Assembly: GCF_963921235.1 (NCBI RefSeq)
Contig: NC_086123.1
Span: 14,694,001-14,758,000 of the forward strand
Source of the DNA: Mobula hypostoma
Taxonomy: Eukaryota
Reading direction: 5' to 3'
Length of the DNA stretch: 64,000 bases
The position numbers and the translations under genes were made by a program. The notes beneath the pieces were generated by a model. That model worked only from the letters and a program-made list of their open reading frames with translations. It made no database searches and had not been told where the DNA came from. Of the stretch, positions 51,401-64,000 are shown piece after piece. The stretch's first letter is position 1. Each line of letters opens with the position of its first letter.

Positions 51401-52084
51401 TGGAATAGAGCTGGAGGTGGTATTCCAGGTATAGATAACCAGTGCTTTATACAAATTCAACATAACCTTCCTACCCTTCTACGTGATGCCACTTTTTCCG
51501 AAACCCAGTATCCCATGTGCTTTACTGACTGCTCCTTCAAAATGCTTTGCTTCATTCAAACATTTATATACATAAGCACAAGCATCCATCCGTTCCTGCA
51601 CAAGCTTTGAACCTTTTCATGCGCCTTCTTCTTTTCTTGAAGAGGAAACTACTGTCAGCTATGTTCCCATTCCTCTAATACAATAATGCTGAGATGGATA
51701 AAATTCTCCATTATTACAATTCTTGCACTAAATGAAATTATTGGGATTAAATGCATTTCGTTTGCACTTTGTTCAATTCAACCACTTTCTTAATAGTTTG
51801 TTCTGAGTATAGGGGATTCTGATTCCAGGGACAGAACTCCTATTTGCTTTGCAGCAAAAATCATTCTGTTATTCGTTTATACATAATTCATCATTCATCT
51901 AATAACGCAGTCACAGAAAGCTGAAGTGTTTGATGGACTGCAGAGAAAATTCTCCATAGGGTCCAGACTCGGTGAAATTTAAAGGCATTAGGACAATCTA
52001 ACAGATGGAAATGCCACACAGTTTGACAACATTCCTCTTCCCGACTTTGGATGGATATTCAGTAATGTTACTTCTCCAAAGATT

Positions 52085-52245
52085 GTCACCTTGGCGTGGC
52101 GGAGAGTCTTGTGAATTCCTGAGATCCTGAGAGAGATGCTGTTTTGGAGTTTAGCTCCTGGTAGGGTCACCTCTGGTGGGTAAAGTGAAGGGAGAAGTTC
52201 CAGACCAGGAGGCATCCAACCAAGGTGGAGCTCGCAGAAGATAAC
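52085..52245 (+). mobile_element. RTE/Expander(Rex3)-like 5' fragment, followed by a Penelope tail fragment (52246-52344, minus)
   Basis: gtcaccttggcgtgg.ggag..gatcct..ctcctggtagggtcacc motif. The adjacent tail ends at the hammerhead motif. Confidence 0.55.
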
Positions 52246-53199
52246 GACACATCACACAAAATGCTGGAGGAATTCAGCAGACCAGGCAACACCTATGGAA
52301 AAGAGTAAACAGTCGACGTTTCAGGCCGAGACACTTCTTCAGGAATTCTCCCCATGTTAAACCAAGTCACGCACTGGCATTCCTCATTAAGGGAATCCTC
52401 CCTAACATTCTAGATTAAGTCACCCACTAATAGACAATCCCTTAGGAGAACGTCATACTCAGTTTCAGGGATTGTATTTCTCCAATAATGTTACCACTTG
52501 TGACAGACATTTTAAGAGCTGCTTGGATGTATGTATTTGTCCTGTACATCAAGAATGCAAAGATAGTATCCATGATAGTGAAATCATCAAACCAAACACT
52601 TCCTACTGACCTGAAGCATAGGAAGACCACAATCTGAACCATCAGAAACCAGCTAGAGGGAGACAGATACATATGTTCGTCTGTCAAAGTCAACAGAGAA
52701 GTTTTAGTCCAAAGAAAGGCCACAGAACTGAATTCAAGAGATGAGGAAAGGCTGACAGCCTTTGATTTCAAGGCAAGATTTGACCAAATGTGATCTCAGA
52801 GAGTTCCGGCTAAACTAAAATGCAAAACACTCGAGTCTGGGCCACATCTTGCACAGAGGAAACTGGAACTGGTTGCAAATTTCAGTCCTCTTCTATGATA
52901 TGTTTCGAACTGAGGAGATTTGTTGATGATTGCACAGGAGTCAATTCCATTTCCACCTGCTCCAACAGGTGAAGCAACCCAGATCTGCATGCGGCAAAGT
53001 ACGAATGTTCATGCATTGACTGAGAAATAAGTATGGCATTCACTCCATACAATTCCAGGCAATGACTGTCTCCATTAAGAAAGAGAATTTAACAAGAGCC
53101 TACCTTATCACTTACATCCTGGGATGTCACTCCTGACCAGAAATTCAGCTTGACACCCACTTAAATACTATGGCTAAAAGAGCAGTTAGACAATGATCA

Positions 53200-53780
53200 C
53201 CTCCACTCCATTCGCCAAAAGAGGAATTTCGTGGTGGCCAACTATTTTAATTCCTATCGCCATTCCTGTTCTGACATGTCGGTCCGTGGCATTCTCTTAC
53301 GCAATGACGAGGTCACTCTCAGGGTGGAGGAACACCACATATTCCATCTAGGTAGCCTCCAACCTGATGGCCTGAACATTGATTTCTCCTTCCAGTAATT
53401 TTTTTTCTTTTCCCCTCCCATTTCCCTCTTCTATTCCCCACTCTGGCCTCTTAACTCTTCTCCTCGCCTGCCTATCACCTCTTCCTGGCACCCCTCCTTC
53501 TTCCTTTTCTCCTATGGTCCACTCTCCTCTCCTATCAGATCCTTTCTTCTCTAGCGCTTGACCTTTCCCATCCACCTGACTTCACCCATCACCTCCTAGC
53601 TTGTCCTTCCCCCCTGCCTTTTTATTCAGGCATCTTCCCCTTTCTTCCTAGTCCTGAGGAAGGGCCTCGGCCCAGATTATCAACTGTTATTCATTTCCAT
53701 AGGTGCTGCCTGACCTGCAGGGTTCCTCCAGCAATTTCAGGGTGATTCCTTCTGCATTTCTAGCACCTGCAGAATCTCTT
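53200..53780 (+). mobile_element. Penelope-like 3' fragment; another at ~55870-56285
   Basis: LRVEEHHIFHLGSLQPDGLNIDFS, CT-rich UTR and tail. Confidence 0.85.
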
Positions 53781-54404
53781 GTGCTCCGACCTTTTGCACC
53801 CAGAAACTTTCCTGCCACCTACAAAGCAGGTCAGGACTGTGGTGAAATACTCACAGCTCTGAAGAGGTGCAGCTTCAGCTCAATTACTATCCCAATCAAA
53901 ACAGCCCAAGAATTTATTTATTTTCCTACAAATAGCTGTAAAAAAATTAATCTCAATGCAGCATGTGGTAACGTAATATGTACTTTGATAATAAATCATA
54001 CATGGATCTTTGAACTTCTGAACTCCATCAACCATGCTAATTACTCACTTTTTCTGCCACCTACACACGTAACTGGAAAGTGTTCAGATAATCCCTTGCT
54101 TTGGCTATTCAAACTGCAACCGACCGCCAAGAATCACAACGGCAGCAGATACAGAGAAGCTCTGGTATTAAACCCTCACTCACCAACCTGACTTGGAAAT
54201 TCCTTGCTCTTCCTTCTGCTCCCACAAGTCTAAATCACTGCAATTCAAGAAGACGGGTCTTCACTGCCTTCTCAGTAACATATCAGACAGGCAATAATTG
54301 AAAGCTTGACAACCATAATGAATTTTTTTGGAAAATGAAGATGCAGGTTGTAAGAAATATCAATAGACTATCCACAACAACTTCTGCTCAAAGATTACAT
54401 GATG

Positions 54405-55715
54405 ATTCAGATTATACAACTCTGGTTAGGTCAGATCTGGAGTATTGCATACAGTTCTGGTCTTCCCACTATATAGGAAGGTTGTTGAGGCTTTGGAGAG
54501 GGTGCAGAAGAGGTTTACCAGAATGCTCCCGGTTCAGAGGGCATGTGCTACCATGAGAGGCTGGACAAACTTGGGTTGTTTTCTCTGGAGTGGTGGAGGC
54601 TGAGAGGAGATCTCATTGAGGTCTATAAGATTATGAGAGGCACAGACAGAGTAGACAGGGAGTGTCTTTTTCCCAGGATAGAAATGCCTAATGCCAGAGG
54701 GCACGCATTGAAAGTGAGAGGGGGTAAGTTCAAAGGGGATGTGAGGGGCAAGTTTTTTTTTGTATTCGGAGAGTGGTGGAATGTGCTGCCTGGTATGACG
54801 GTAGAAACACATACATTAGAGGCTTTTGTAAGACATCTAGATGGGCACATGAATGTGAGGAAGATGGAGGGATATGAAGATTATGTAGGAGGCATATGAA
54901 GATTATGTAGTAGGGATTTGTTTGGGGCGGGTTGATTTTCTTTTTAGCTGGTTGGGAACAACATCATGGGACGAATGGCCTGTTCCTGCACTGTACTGTT
55001 CTATGGTCTATCTATTTATCAAGCATACATCGAAGACTACAGAGAAATGCATTGTTTGTGTTAACGGCTAACACAACTAGTGGGACTACAACTAGAAGTC
55101 ATGGGTTAAGGGTGAAAGGTGAAAAGTTTAAGGGGAATGTGAGGCGAAACTCCTTCACTCAGAGAGGCGTGAGACTGTGGAATGAGCTGCCAAAGAGAAG
55201 TTTGGATAGGTACATTGACGGCAGGGGTATGGAGGCCTATGACCCAGGTGCAGGTCAATGGGACCAGGCAGTTTAAATGGGTTGGCATGGACTAGATGGG
55301 CCAAAGGGCCTGTTTCTGTGCTGTATTTTTCTATGACTATGAGTCCAACCTAAGGATATGCCGGGAGTAGTCTGCAAGTGCCACCACATATTCCGATACA
55401 AGTTAAATAGAAGTTATAGAGGATTGTAAAATTATGAGTGTCATTGATAGTCACCATCTTTTTCTAACAGTAGGAAAGACTAAAACTAGATGACATCAGT
55501 ATAAGGTGAGGAGATCTGAAAGACAGGTTTTTCACACAGTGGGTACTGAGTATATCAAAGAGGAGGTGGTAGAGGCAGGTACAATCACAATGTTTAAAAC
55601 TATCGGTACATGGATAGATAAATGCAGGAACATAGGGTTAGCATAGATAGATGTCTTGGTTGGCATGAAGGAGTTGGGCCAAAGGGGTTGCTTCTATACT
55701 GTACAACTCTATCAC
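54405..55715 (+). mobile_element. Cluster of three CR1 3' fragments
   Basis: LVRSDLEYCIQFWS; ERLDKLGLFSLE..RGDLIEVYKIM; RSHGLRVKGEKFKG..FTQR. Confidence 0.85.
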
Positions 55716-57272
55716 TGAATTAAAAGTCATCAGGTTTATTATCTGAGCCTTTGAGGAAGTGAGGTTGTAAAGAAAAGTTCCATTTTCTCAAGTGCAAGTT
55801 AAGCAGCCTCCTCTTTCAGCGTTCAACTGCTTAAACTGTGGTGGCATGAGCATGCTGGTAATATCTACGTTCTGGTAATATCTCTTACCACGGCTTTCAC
55901 TCTTCTTCCATTCCCCGTTCCGGCTTCTCACTTACCCCTCCTCTCCTCCTCTCCTGGCCATCACCTCCCTCTGGTGCTCCTCCTCCTTCCCTTTCTTCCA
56001 TGGTCCACTCTCCTCTCCTATCATATTCCTTCCTCTTCGCCTTTTCCACCCGTCACCTCCTAATTACTCACTTCAGTCCCCCTCTTTCCCCACCCATCTA
56101 CTTTCTCTCTCACTCATCTCCTTCTAGCTTATACCCCTTCCTGTCCTCCCACCTTCTTATTCTGGCTTCTTCCTGCTTCCTTTCCAGTGCTGATGAAAAG
56201 CCTCAGCCTGAAACATTGATTCTTTATTCCTTTCCATAGATGCTGCCTGACCTGCCCAGTTCCTCCAGCAGGTTGGGAGTGTTGAAATGCCCCCATCTGA
56301 CTTTATGGAAATAACAAACGGGGCTGTCATAGACTACAAGCTACTAAATGGAGGCTGTATACATGTAGAAGAAGAAATATAAATAATAATTCTGAAACAG
56401 CAGAAATCAGAGAACAAAGTAAAATTCCGCAGTTGTGCTCTAGGCACTGAAGAGAAAGGGAAAATAAAGCAATGATGTAAAATCAGGGGTGGAAAATAAA
56501 AGAAGAATGCTTAAAATGTTGGAGTAAAAGAATAGGTTATGATCCATGACTCAGAAGTACAGAAGAAATTAAATAAATTGCAGGTGCATGGTCAACATAG
56601 AAGTTTCAACATGATAGCTACCTGCTCTCAGTTGCCAGGCATGTTAAGGACAATAATTACTTGGTTGGTAGATTACCTAGGATTACAAGGCCAGGGAGGT
56701 TTCATCCAGTGATGAAATAGGTGCCATTGGGCACTCTACTTGAGAATCACTTGTGATTCCAAATAAGCTTTAGCCATCAATCACTTTGTCCTTGGAGCTG
56801 CCTTCATGCTTGAAATAGGCAGTGGAGCATTTATGGGAATAGCGAAGGGTTATGTATTGTCAATCGGGCTGTACCCACAAAGTATCAGGGTGCATTAAAG
56901 CCAAAATAATTTGAAATGAGGATTTTCACCTTCATGAGTTGAGCAAGCCAGCTCACGTTACAAACGTGGCACATTTTAAGGGTAGGTTAATATAGGCATA
57001 GTATAAAATTACAAACCTATTAACAGATTGTGAATGAGGAAATTGGTAAATGCTATAAACTAAACTATATACTTTGGGCAGTGTGTTATGGTCCGGTCCG
57101 TGAAATCTGCATTCTGGTTCACGGTCCGGTCCATGTTCCTTATTCCAGGTTTTCCAGTTTTCCCAGTTTCCGTTGAGGCAGCTGATTCTTGTTTGTGCTG
57201 GCTTCATAAGTAGCTTCAGGATTCAGCCTCTGGCTGCTGGATTGTTCCTGATCTAACCCCTTCCCCCCCTAT

Positions 57273-57760
57273 CAACTCTGTCCGCCACAACAGACAGGAT
57301 CTCCCGGTAGCCACCCACCTCAACTCTGCTTCCCATTCCCATTCAGATATGCCCATACATGGCCTCCTCTACTGCCATGATGAGGCTAAACTCAGGTTGG
57401 AGGAGCAACACCTCATATACAATCTAGGTAGTCTCCAGCCCCTTGGTATGAACATAGAATTCTCCAACTTCCGGTAATTCCCTCCCCCTCCCTTCCTCTA
57501 TCCCTATTTCACATCACCTCCCTTATAGTTCCGCCTCCTTCTACTACTGCGCATTGTTCTCCTGCCAATCACCTCCCTGCTTCCCCTCCCCCACCTCTTT
57601 GTCTTTCAAATTACTGTTTTTTTCAACTACCAGCATTCTTCAACACCCCCCCCAAGTTCTTCCTTCAGTCCTGACGAAGGGGTTCAGCCCAAAACATCGA
57701 CTAATCTTTTAAACTGATGCTGACTGACCTGCTGAGTTCCTCCAGCGCATTGCAATTGTC
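57273..57760 (+). mobile_element. Penelope-like 3' fragment inside the LTR
   Basis: DLPVATHLNSASHSHSDM..KLRLEEQHLIYNLGSLQPLGMNIEFSNFR*; tail cagtcctgacgaaggggttcagcccaaaacatcgact. Confidence 0.88.
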
Positions 57761-57779
57761 TATTTTTGTTTTGAACTGT

Positions 57780-58092
57780 CTCTGTGTCCATGCCTTCGTT
57801 AAGTAGGTCTGACTGTTTACCACTACCTAGTATTGGGAACCGTCTGCATCCACGCCTTCGCTAGGTAGGTCCAGCCGTTTGCCGCTACCTGGTGTTGGGA
57901 AGCGTCTGTATCCACGCCTTCACTAGGTAGGTCCAGCCATTTGCCGCTTCCTAGTGTTGGGAACCGTCTTTATCCACGCCTTTGCTAGGTAGGTCCGGCC
58001 ATCTGCCGCTTCCTAGTGTTGGCAACCGTCTGTGTCCACGCTTTTGCTAGGTAGGTCCGGCCATCTGCCGCTACCTTGTGTTGGCAACTGTC
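57780..58092 (+). repeat. 62-bp minisatellite, ~5 copies
   Basis: ttgg anchor recurs at 57833, 57895, 57957, 58019 and 58081. Confidence 0.92.
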
Positions 58093-61000
58093 TTGTCGTT
58101 TTCTGCATTCTGTGTATGAGTCCCGGCCCTATGTCCTGTACCCAGGGAGGTGTCCCAGCTCTGTGTTCTGTGTATGAGTCCCAGCCCTACGTCCTGTTTC
58201 CAAGGAGGGGTCCCAGCTCTGTGTTCCACGTTCCTGTCTCTCCTTTGACCAAGGTTCTGCATTCCTGTCTCTCCCTCAACTAGTCAAGGCTTTGGGGTCT
58301 CGTCCAGTCCTAGCCATGATCCAAGAACCTTGTCCTGTCCAAGCTATGGCTTTGTGTTCTCGTCTTGTCCATGTGTCTCGCCCAGCCCAGGAGTACCTTT
58401 CCCAGCCCGTGCTGGGTTCCCTTGTCCTGTCCAGGAGTCCCATGTCCAGTCCTGTTGCCACTCCTCGTCCTCTAGCCACGTCTTGTCCTCACCTAATTCT
58501 GGAGTCCGAGCCCAAGTCAAGTCCCAGGGTCTGGGTCCTTGCCCAGTCTCTGGCTTGGAGTCTGTACCCAAGCCTCAAAGTACCCTAGCCTCAAAGAACC
58601 CAAGCCTCGTCATGTTCTCACCTAGATCCGGGGTCCGAGCCCAAGTCAAGACCCAGGTTTCGGGTCCTTGTCCAGTCTTTGGCTTGGAGTCCAAGCCCAG
58701 GCTCCTAGTTCCAAGTTCCATGTCCTGGTTCCACAATCCTAGTCAAGTCCTAGCCCAGGCCCTATATCCTTGTCTCGCCCAGGGCCTGTGTCAAGTCCAG
58801 CGTCCTTTCTTCCCCACTTCCCTTTCTTTCTTGACTACCTAGTCCTGTTCCTTGTACTTCAGTGTCTGTGTCTTGCATTTGGGGTCCACCCACTCCCAGC
58901 GCCCCCATTATGACACAGTGTTTTCTAAGTAATGGAAATCTAATGAGGTTTGTGGTCAATGTACATAATTCAATGAAATGGTTGGTACTGAGATGATAAT
59001 GGGCTGGTAACTCTTACTTCGAGAGATCTACTAGTGGGTAGAAGGCATAGTGCATCTATTCTAAGCTTTAATTAGACCACATCTGGAGTATCCAGGATGA
59101 TTCTGGGAAGAGTGTGTTGGCTTTAGAGATAATGCAGCAGAGATTTACCAGTATCATTCCTCAAATGCTCATCATGAGAAGAGATTCCACAGACTTCAGC
59201 TGGATTCTCCGGATGACTGGAAGTTTTTAAGTCATAATGGGAAAAGTGACAGAAAGATGGGAAAAGCTCCTCACGAAAAGTTTAGTACTTGTGGCATTGT
59301 CTAACCATGAGCACCAAGACTCAGAGGAGTGTTTAATAAAGTCCACATAATTTGAAATTCTTCCGAAAATAGCAATTGAAGCTTTCCCATTTGCTAATTT
59401 CAAATCTGAGAGTGATCATTTATCATTTACTAAATCATTGGATGATGGTGGTACAAAGGCAGGCACTGTACTTGCTTTATAACTATGGAATCATCAAATG
59501 CTAAAGTTGGCAGAAGGGCTGAATGTCGTCATGTTGATCTATGTCTTGAAGCAATTTCACCTATGTTAACTTGCACTTGAGAAATTTTCCACCTGAATTT
59601 GTACAATTATTTGTTCCTTTCCTCTTTTTTTTTCAAATGCTACAATCCTAATTCAGTGAAGGCTTAATTATCCAAGCAGATGACGGATAATAACATTGCT
59701 ATTCAAAATGTTTAATTAAAATATAAATACTACACTTGCATCAAGGGTTCAGTTAGGAAGGGATAAAGGCAGTCTTAAGAATTATAATTTGGTTGTGTTC
59801 AAAATACTTAACTCATTCAAAATATTCTCACAAATTGTTTAGTCTGAAGATTAGGGACTGAAAAATTAGAATGTGTGCAGCACTGCCTGGCGTGACACAA
59901 ATCACCTAATTGAAATAAATTAATGCACCTATAAAGGAAATCTTCATTTATTTTTGAGAGGAAGCTTGTGTTGATAACTAATTTACTTCTAATTATGGGT
60001 AATGTGTGATTTAATTATAAATTTTGCCATTGTTTCCAATTATTTTCAGTCTGATAGCTTCCATTTATTCTTGTGTTTGTGCAACCCTGCTCGCAGAGAC
60101 CACTTAGATTCTCTTTGAGTTTGTTTCCTGATGGAAATGATTAATAAATCACGTTGCTAACCGCGACCCTTCCTGAGATCACCAGTGTCAAAAAGTACAC
60201 ATGCAGATAATCGGATTTTTGCAAGACAATTAAATCGTGTACATTAAGCATTACTTTACCTATTGCATGACTCGTGCACATTTTAGAGTTCAGAGTGTCA
60301 ATGGATCCTTTTGAGTGTCCATGGATCCTTTTGAGTGTCCCGCGCAATTATTTTCGTCATCATCGTAACAGGTTTTCCAAAAAATATCAAGGCCTGGTCA
60401 TCCTTCTTCTGAAGCCTCGATTCTTTCCGTCTCGGATCCTTTTTATGTATATTAATCACCCTCATTTTCAAGTTTAGCTGTCATTCATACACATGAACAC
60501 AGAACGAAACTGCGTTCTTCGGAGGCCATGGTGCAGAACGCAGTACCGAGCCACACACTCCGCGCATATGGCAGATGGACCAATGCGTCCCTGATTATCA
60601 TTTATTTAAAGTTCCTTAAAGTTTCACTTAACAGCGAAACTGCCAACTTTATTTTTCACTAAATGAATCCTCGTATTTGTGGCATAAGCCGACCGCGGTT
60701 TTCACGGGGAACGTGCGGAAGGAGGAAAGTTTAGGATTTATTCCGATCACTCAGCCCGGCACAGAGATGTGCTGAGAGTGAAGGGCATTACTCTCGGTGT
60801 TATTTAGAGGACTTACATTCGAGAAAGCTAAAATGCTCCCTGTTAAGATCATGTTCGGACTGGTGCGTTACGTCCAAACACATAGCAAATGAACTTGAGA
60901 ATATTCAACCGGAGAACGGATCAGGGGGTTTCTTTATTGCTTTGTCCATTCAGTGGAGAGACAACACAAAGCCGGCCATCTCTGAGGCCGGCAAATCTAC

Positions 61001-61988
61001 ACCGCGGTGATGGCATTAGTCGAAGCCTTCGGGAAATTCCCAACACGTGAAACAAGATCACAGCAGCCTAAATGTCCACGATGGTCACCTGCCTGGTTCT
61101 AACCCCCGCGTCGTAAATAGTTCGTGGAATCGAGAAGGAACAGGTTGCTCGGTGTCATGTTGTTGCGCGTTTCTTGCATTAAGCAAGCAGCAGTAACCAA
61201 TGTCTCCTTCGGTTCCTCAATGAGTCGACACGACTGGGTGTATTTGACTGGCGAGGGTCGCTCGTCCCTTCCTCACTTAACTGGTTGGATCCCGTGAGAT
61301 GATTTTTATTCGTTGATACCGTCTTCCCCGGCGAAGTCCCAGTGGCGCGCTTCAACCTGCTGAATTGCCGGATTGCCGGCTTCTGGTTGGATTGAGATTT
61401 ATAATCAAAACGAACATTCAGATGTGATTTTTTAAAATTCTGGCGTTGTGCTTTGTTTGCAAATAGTGGATTGGTGCACGCACAAGATTTGGTCGCTGTC
61501 AATATGAGAGCAAATAAATTGTATTTTGGAATGAATGATTCATGCTTTGCAATGCCCGGGGTGATGGTCTGAAGACAGGGGAGGGTTAGAGCTGCCGCTG
61601 TCGGCGATGAACCGTCACGTTCCGGGAGCCTAACTACATTTCAAGTGAGTCTCGACGCTGGAGCAGCCTCGCCGGCTGTGACCTGACTGAATTCCAAGGC
61701 GTTTTGCAGGTTGCTTCTCAGTGTCAGACAGAATTTTCCTGACTGGAGCCACGTGTCAGACTGTGAGGGAGCGGGCAGAGAGGGGGGCACTGGGCTCGCA
61801 GCTCCTGACATCGCACGGAAACGAATGGAGCCTTACCGCGGATCCTTTCGCAAATACTAAAGCCGAGCATCATGTCTTACCCTTGGTTCCCGAGTGCCAT
61901 TTCACTGGAACTGATCGAGGTGAACGGGAATCTCAAACTCGCCTTATGAAGATCCGGGCGAAGCACCTCTGTGATCTAAAGATTCAAC

Positions 61989-62097
61989 ATGCCTATGCAC
62001 CCAGTGACCGCGACTTTAATGTACAGGGGTATCTACACGATCCCTGATATTCTCTCCAACCAAGACCCTATAGACATACCTGAGGATGAACTGGAAG
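61989..62097 (+). CDS. CABP7: Calcium-binding protein 7 (calneuron-2), coding exon 1
   Basis: MPMHPVTATLMYRGIYTIPDILSNQDPIDIPEDELE matches the CABP7 N-terminus (human MPFHPVTAALMYRGIYTVPNLL..DIPEDELE). In-frame upstream stop at 61977; phase-1 donor G|GTTAGT. Confidence 0.95.
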
Positions 62098-63132
62098 GTT
62101 AGTGTTATTCGTCTCTGTCTTAGCCGTGTTACCTGTGAGGGCAGTGACATATTTGCTCTATGCTAGATCACCGGGCTGCGGTAACGGGTCTGTCACCACC
62201 CAAAACTGTGCCACAGATGAATATGGTCTTTCTTTTCTGTAGTTAAAACACAGGAATCTGACTGTGGAACTGTTGTACGGGAGGCAGACAGGTGAGGGAG
62301 AGATAGGGAAAGATATACCGAGAGAAAAGCCCCCCACCCCCCAAGTTAGACACTGCCACGAATGCGTACGGATTACTGAAGGAGGGAAGATCTCGGCGCG
62401 AGGAGTCGTGTATTTGGCTACAACGCGAAGCATTGATATTCAGTGCGCGTCAGCTAGTACAGTACTCATTTGCTATTGGTGGGGAGCAAGGCTAAAGACA
62501 ATTTTCTCTTGCAGGTTGTATTTAACTGTTTTTATTCTTGGGATTAATCCGTTCAGAATGCACTTTAGAACTGAAGTGGTCACTTTTTGTTTACTTCAAG
62601 GTTTACCGTCTTCAGCCTTAAACATCAAGCATCCTCTCAATTAATCTATAGAAATTAGAGGCAAATAATAGATGAACATCTGGGCGCACGAACTGCTCCT
62701 GTACCAGTGTGCGAACCTGCTGCTGGGATTTCTCGTTCCTCCATTTCCGCTCTGGATAACTTTGATGAGAGCGTTTCGTGCACCGTGACACTGTCCGTAT
62801 CCCCTTTAAACAACCTGCTGCTAAACGCATACAGCAAAGATTGCAGTTATTCATGAAGTCCCTGGCGACTTTGAAAATTTTGTCACGATTACCTTCACGA
62901 TTTGGTTCCACAGGTAAATGTTGAGGAGAGCGACTTGTTTAGTCATGAATCTTGCGTAGGTATTCCAAAGCAAGATCACTGAAAATATCGATTGAAAACG
63001 ACACGAAATATTGGGCTTGTGTCTGTATTTCCCAGACATTAGAATAACTTTTGCATAACCACAATATTATAAATCAACTTACTATATATTAACGTCAGTA
63101 TAAATTTAATTAAACCTAGTTCCTCCCTACAG

Positions 63133-63276
63133 AAATTCGGGAGGCTTTTAAAGTCTTTGACCGTGATGGAAACGGGTTTATCTCGAAGCAGGAACTGGGG
63201 ATGGCGATGCGATCTCTGGGCTACATGCCGAATGAAGTGGAACTAGAGGTGATCATCCAGCGATTGGATATGGACG
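63133..63276 (+). CDS. CABP7: Calcium-binding protein 7, coding exon 2 (EF-hand 1 and start of EF-hand 2); gene continues beyond the window
   Basis: Acceptor ttcctccctacag; (E)IREAFKVFDRDGNGFISKQELGMAMRSLGYMPNEVELEVIIQRLDMD(G); donor G|GTAGGA; phase matches exon 1. Confidence 0.97.
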
Positions 63277-64000
63277 GTAGGAGGCAGAAAGCAACCTCTT
63301 ACATTCAAACACTCCCTCATTCACTCCTAAAAAACTTGCACTGTGCTTTAGAGTTACACATAAGCTGGCCATTGCAAGCACTTGATCTTGGTCTAGTTTC
63401 TGTCAATTCAGTTACCGGTTTAAAAAAAAAGTTCGTACAGTTAATCACAGCCTTTTGTATTCCTCCTAAACTCGAGCCCCTACGACTAGCCGAGGTGCCA
63501 AATGGATGATGGAGAGATTAACGTATAAACGCCCAATTGCTTTCATTTAAAAAAAGAACCAAGGATAGCAATGAGGTTGGCACTAAAATGATATGGCTCA
63601 GTAAGTAAAGTCAGGTCGGGATGTTACTACTGAGGGACTGGAGCTAGACACAGTTTTATATGAAATGGGCCCTGGTGCCACTCAGTCATGGCCGATCTTC
63701 ACGAACTCTGGTTGTCGCTACTCAGCCCTCTTGAGGGAGCGAGAGCCGCAGATTCGCAACCCTCTGTGTAAATGTTTCCTTACTCCGCTTCTGCCGTGGC
63801 GCAGAGTGCTGGTAATTCCCCACTCCCCGACCCAAGGAAACAACCTCCCGCGCGCCCCGATGAGGAAGCCACTTGCTCTTCCAAACTGGCTTTTCAACGT
63901 GGGTGCGTTTGGCGCGTAGCCGCTTCGGTGTTGGCAGAACCTAAACTCACTGCCTTAAATGTCTCTGATTGTGGGATTCAGCGTAATTTAACCACAATCG

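Larger units (their letters stand above)
57084..58915 (+). mobile_element. Long solo LTR (Gypsy-type) with internal minisatellites and a Penelope insertion
   Basis: tgttatgg...ttatgaca ends; perfect 5-bp TSD cagtg at 57079-57083 and 58916-58920. Confidence 0.85.
60150..64000. promoter_or_regulatory. CpG-rich, TE-free promoter/5' region of CABP7
   Basis: Sharp rise in CpG dinucleotides and no recognisable repeats, in contrast to the rest of the window. CCAAT-box-like attgg at ~61470. TSS not determinable. Confidence 0.7.

Noticed and set aside
57780-58092. Regularly spaced repeats resembling a CRISPR array
   Set aside because: The whole 62-bp unit repeats, with no unique spacers; it lies inside an LTR in vertebrate DNA with no cas genes.
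60518-60540. REST/RE1 site near neuronal CABP7 (ccatggtgcagaa)
   Set aside because: Only one imperfect half-site; the GCTGT half is missing. The other half-site near 62791 is isolated too.
61989-63276. Assignment as CALN1 (CABP8) or calmodulin
   Set aside because: HPVTA.LMYRGIYT, DIPEDELEEIREAFKVFDRDGNG and MPNEVELEVIIQRLDMD match CABP7 rather than CALN1 (FRVLDRDG, PSEVELAIIMQRL) or calmodulin.
63201-63509. 102-aa ORF as a standalone gene
   Set aside because: It is the 3' part of CABP7 exon 2 read through the splice donor at 63277 into the intron.

Overview
Eukaryotic, repeat-dense vertebrate DNA. The repeat set (CR1/HER1-type LINEs, V-SINE and DeuSINE remnants, abundant Penelope-like elements) points to a cartilaginous fish, probably a ray; this is inference. 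Positions 1 to about 59,500 are intergenic and consist mostly of nested, decayed transposable elements: Gypsy internal sequence and solo LTRs, CR1, Rex1/Babar, RTE, Hero/R2-like, Penelope, Tc1, mariner, Tigger and hAT-Charlie. The last ~4 kb is a TE-poor, CpG-rich region holding coding exons 1-2 of CABP7 (calneuron-2) on the + strand. Nearly all ORFs in the supplied track are TE remnants or chance ORFs. The most interesting hidden layer is catalytic RNA. (i) Two short, non-coding RTE-derived elements begin at HDV-like ribozyme folds, and both folds carry an unusual hairpin inserted in loop L3; a third, weaker candidate is also present. (ii) About a dozen minimal hammerhead motifs sit in Penelope tails, including 160-230 bp palindromic mini-elements with their own 12-15 bp TSDs whose inversion junctions map onto the hammerhead. 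Also notable are an L1-like insertion with a perfect 61-bp fold-back copy of its own target flank, a module shared by a hAT and a Tigger element, and a chain of uORFs before CABP7. All structures were folded by eye, and many TE boundaries are approximate.
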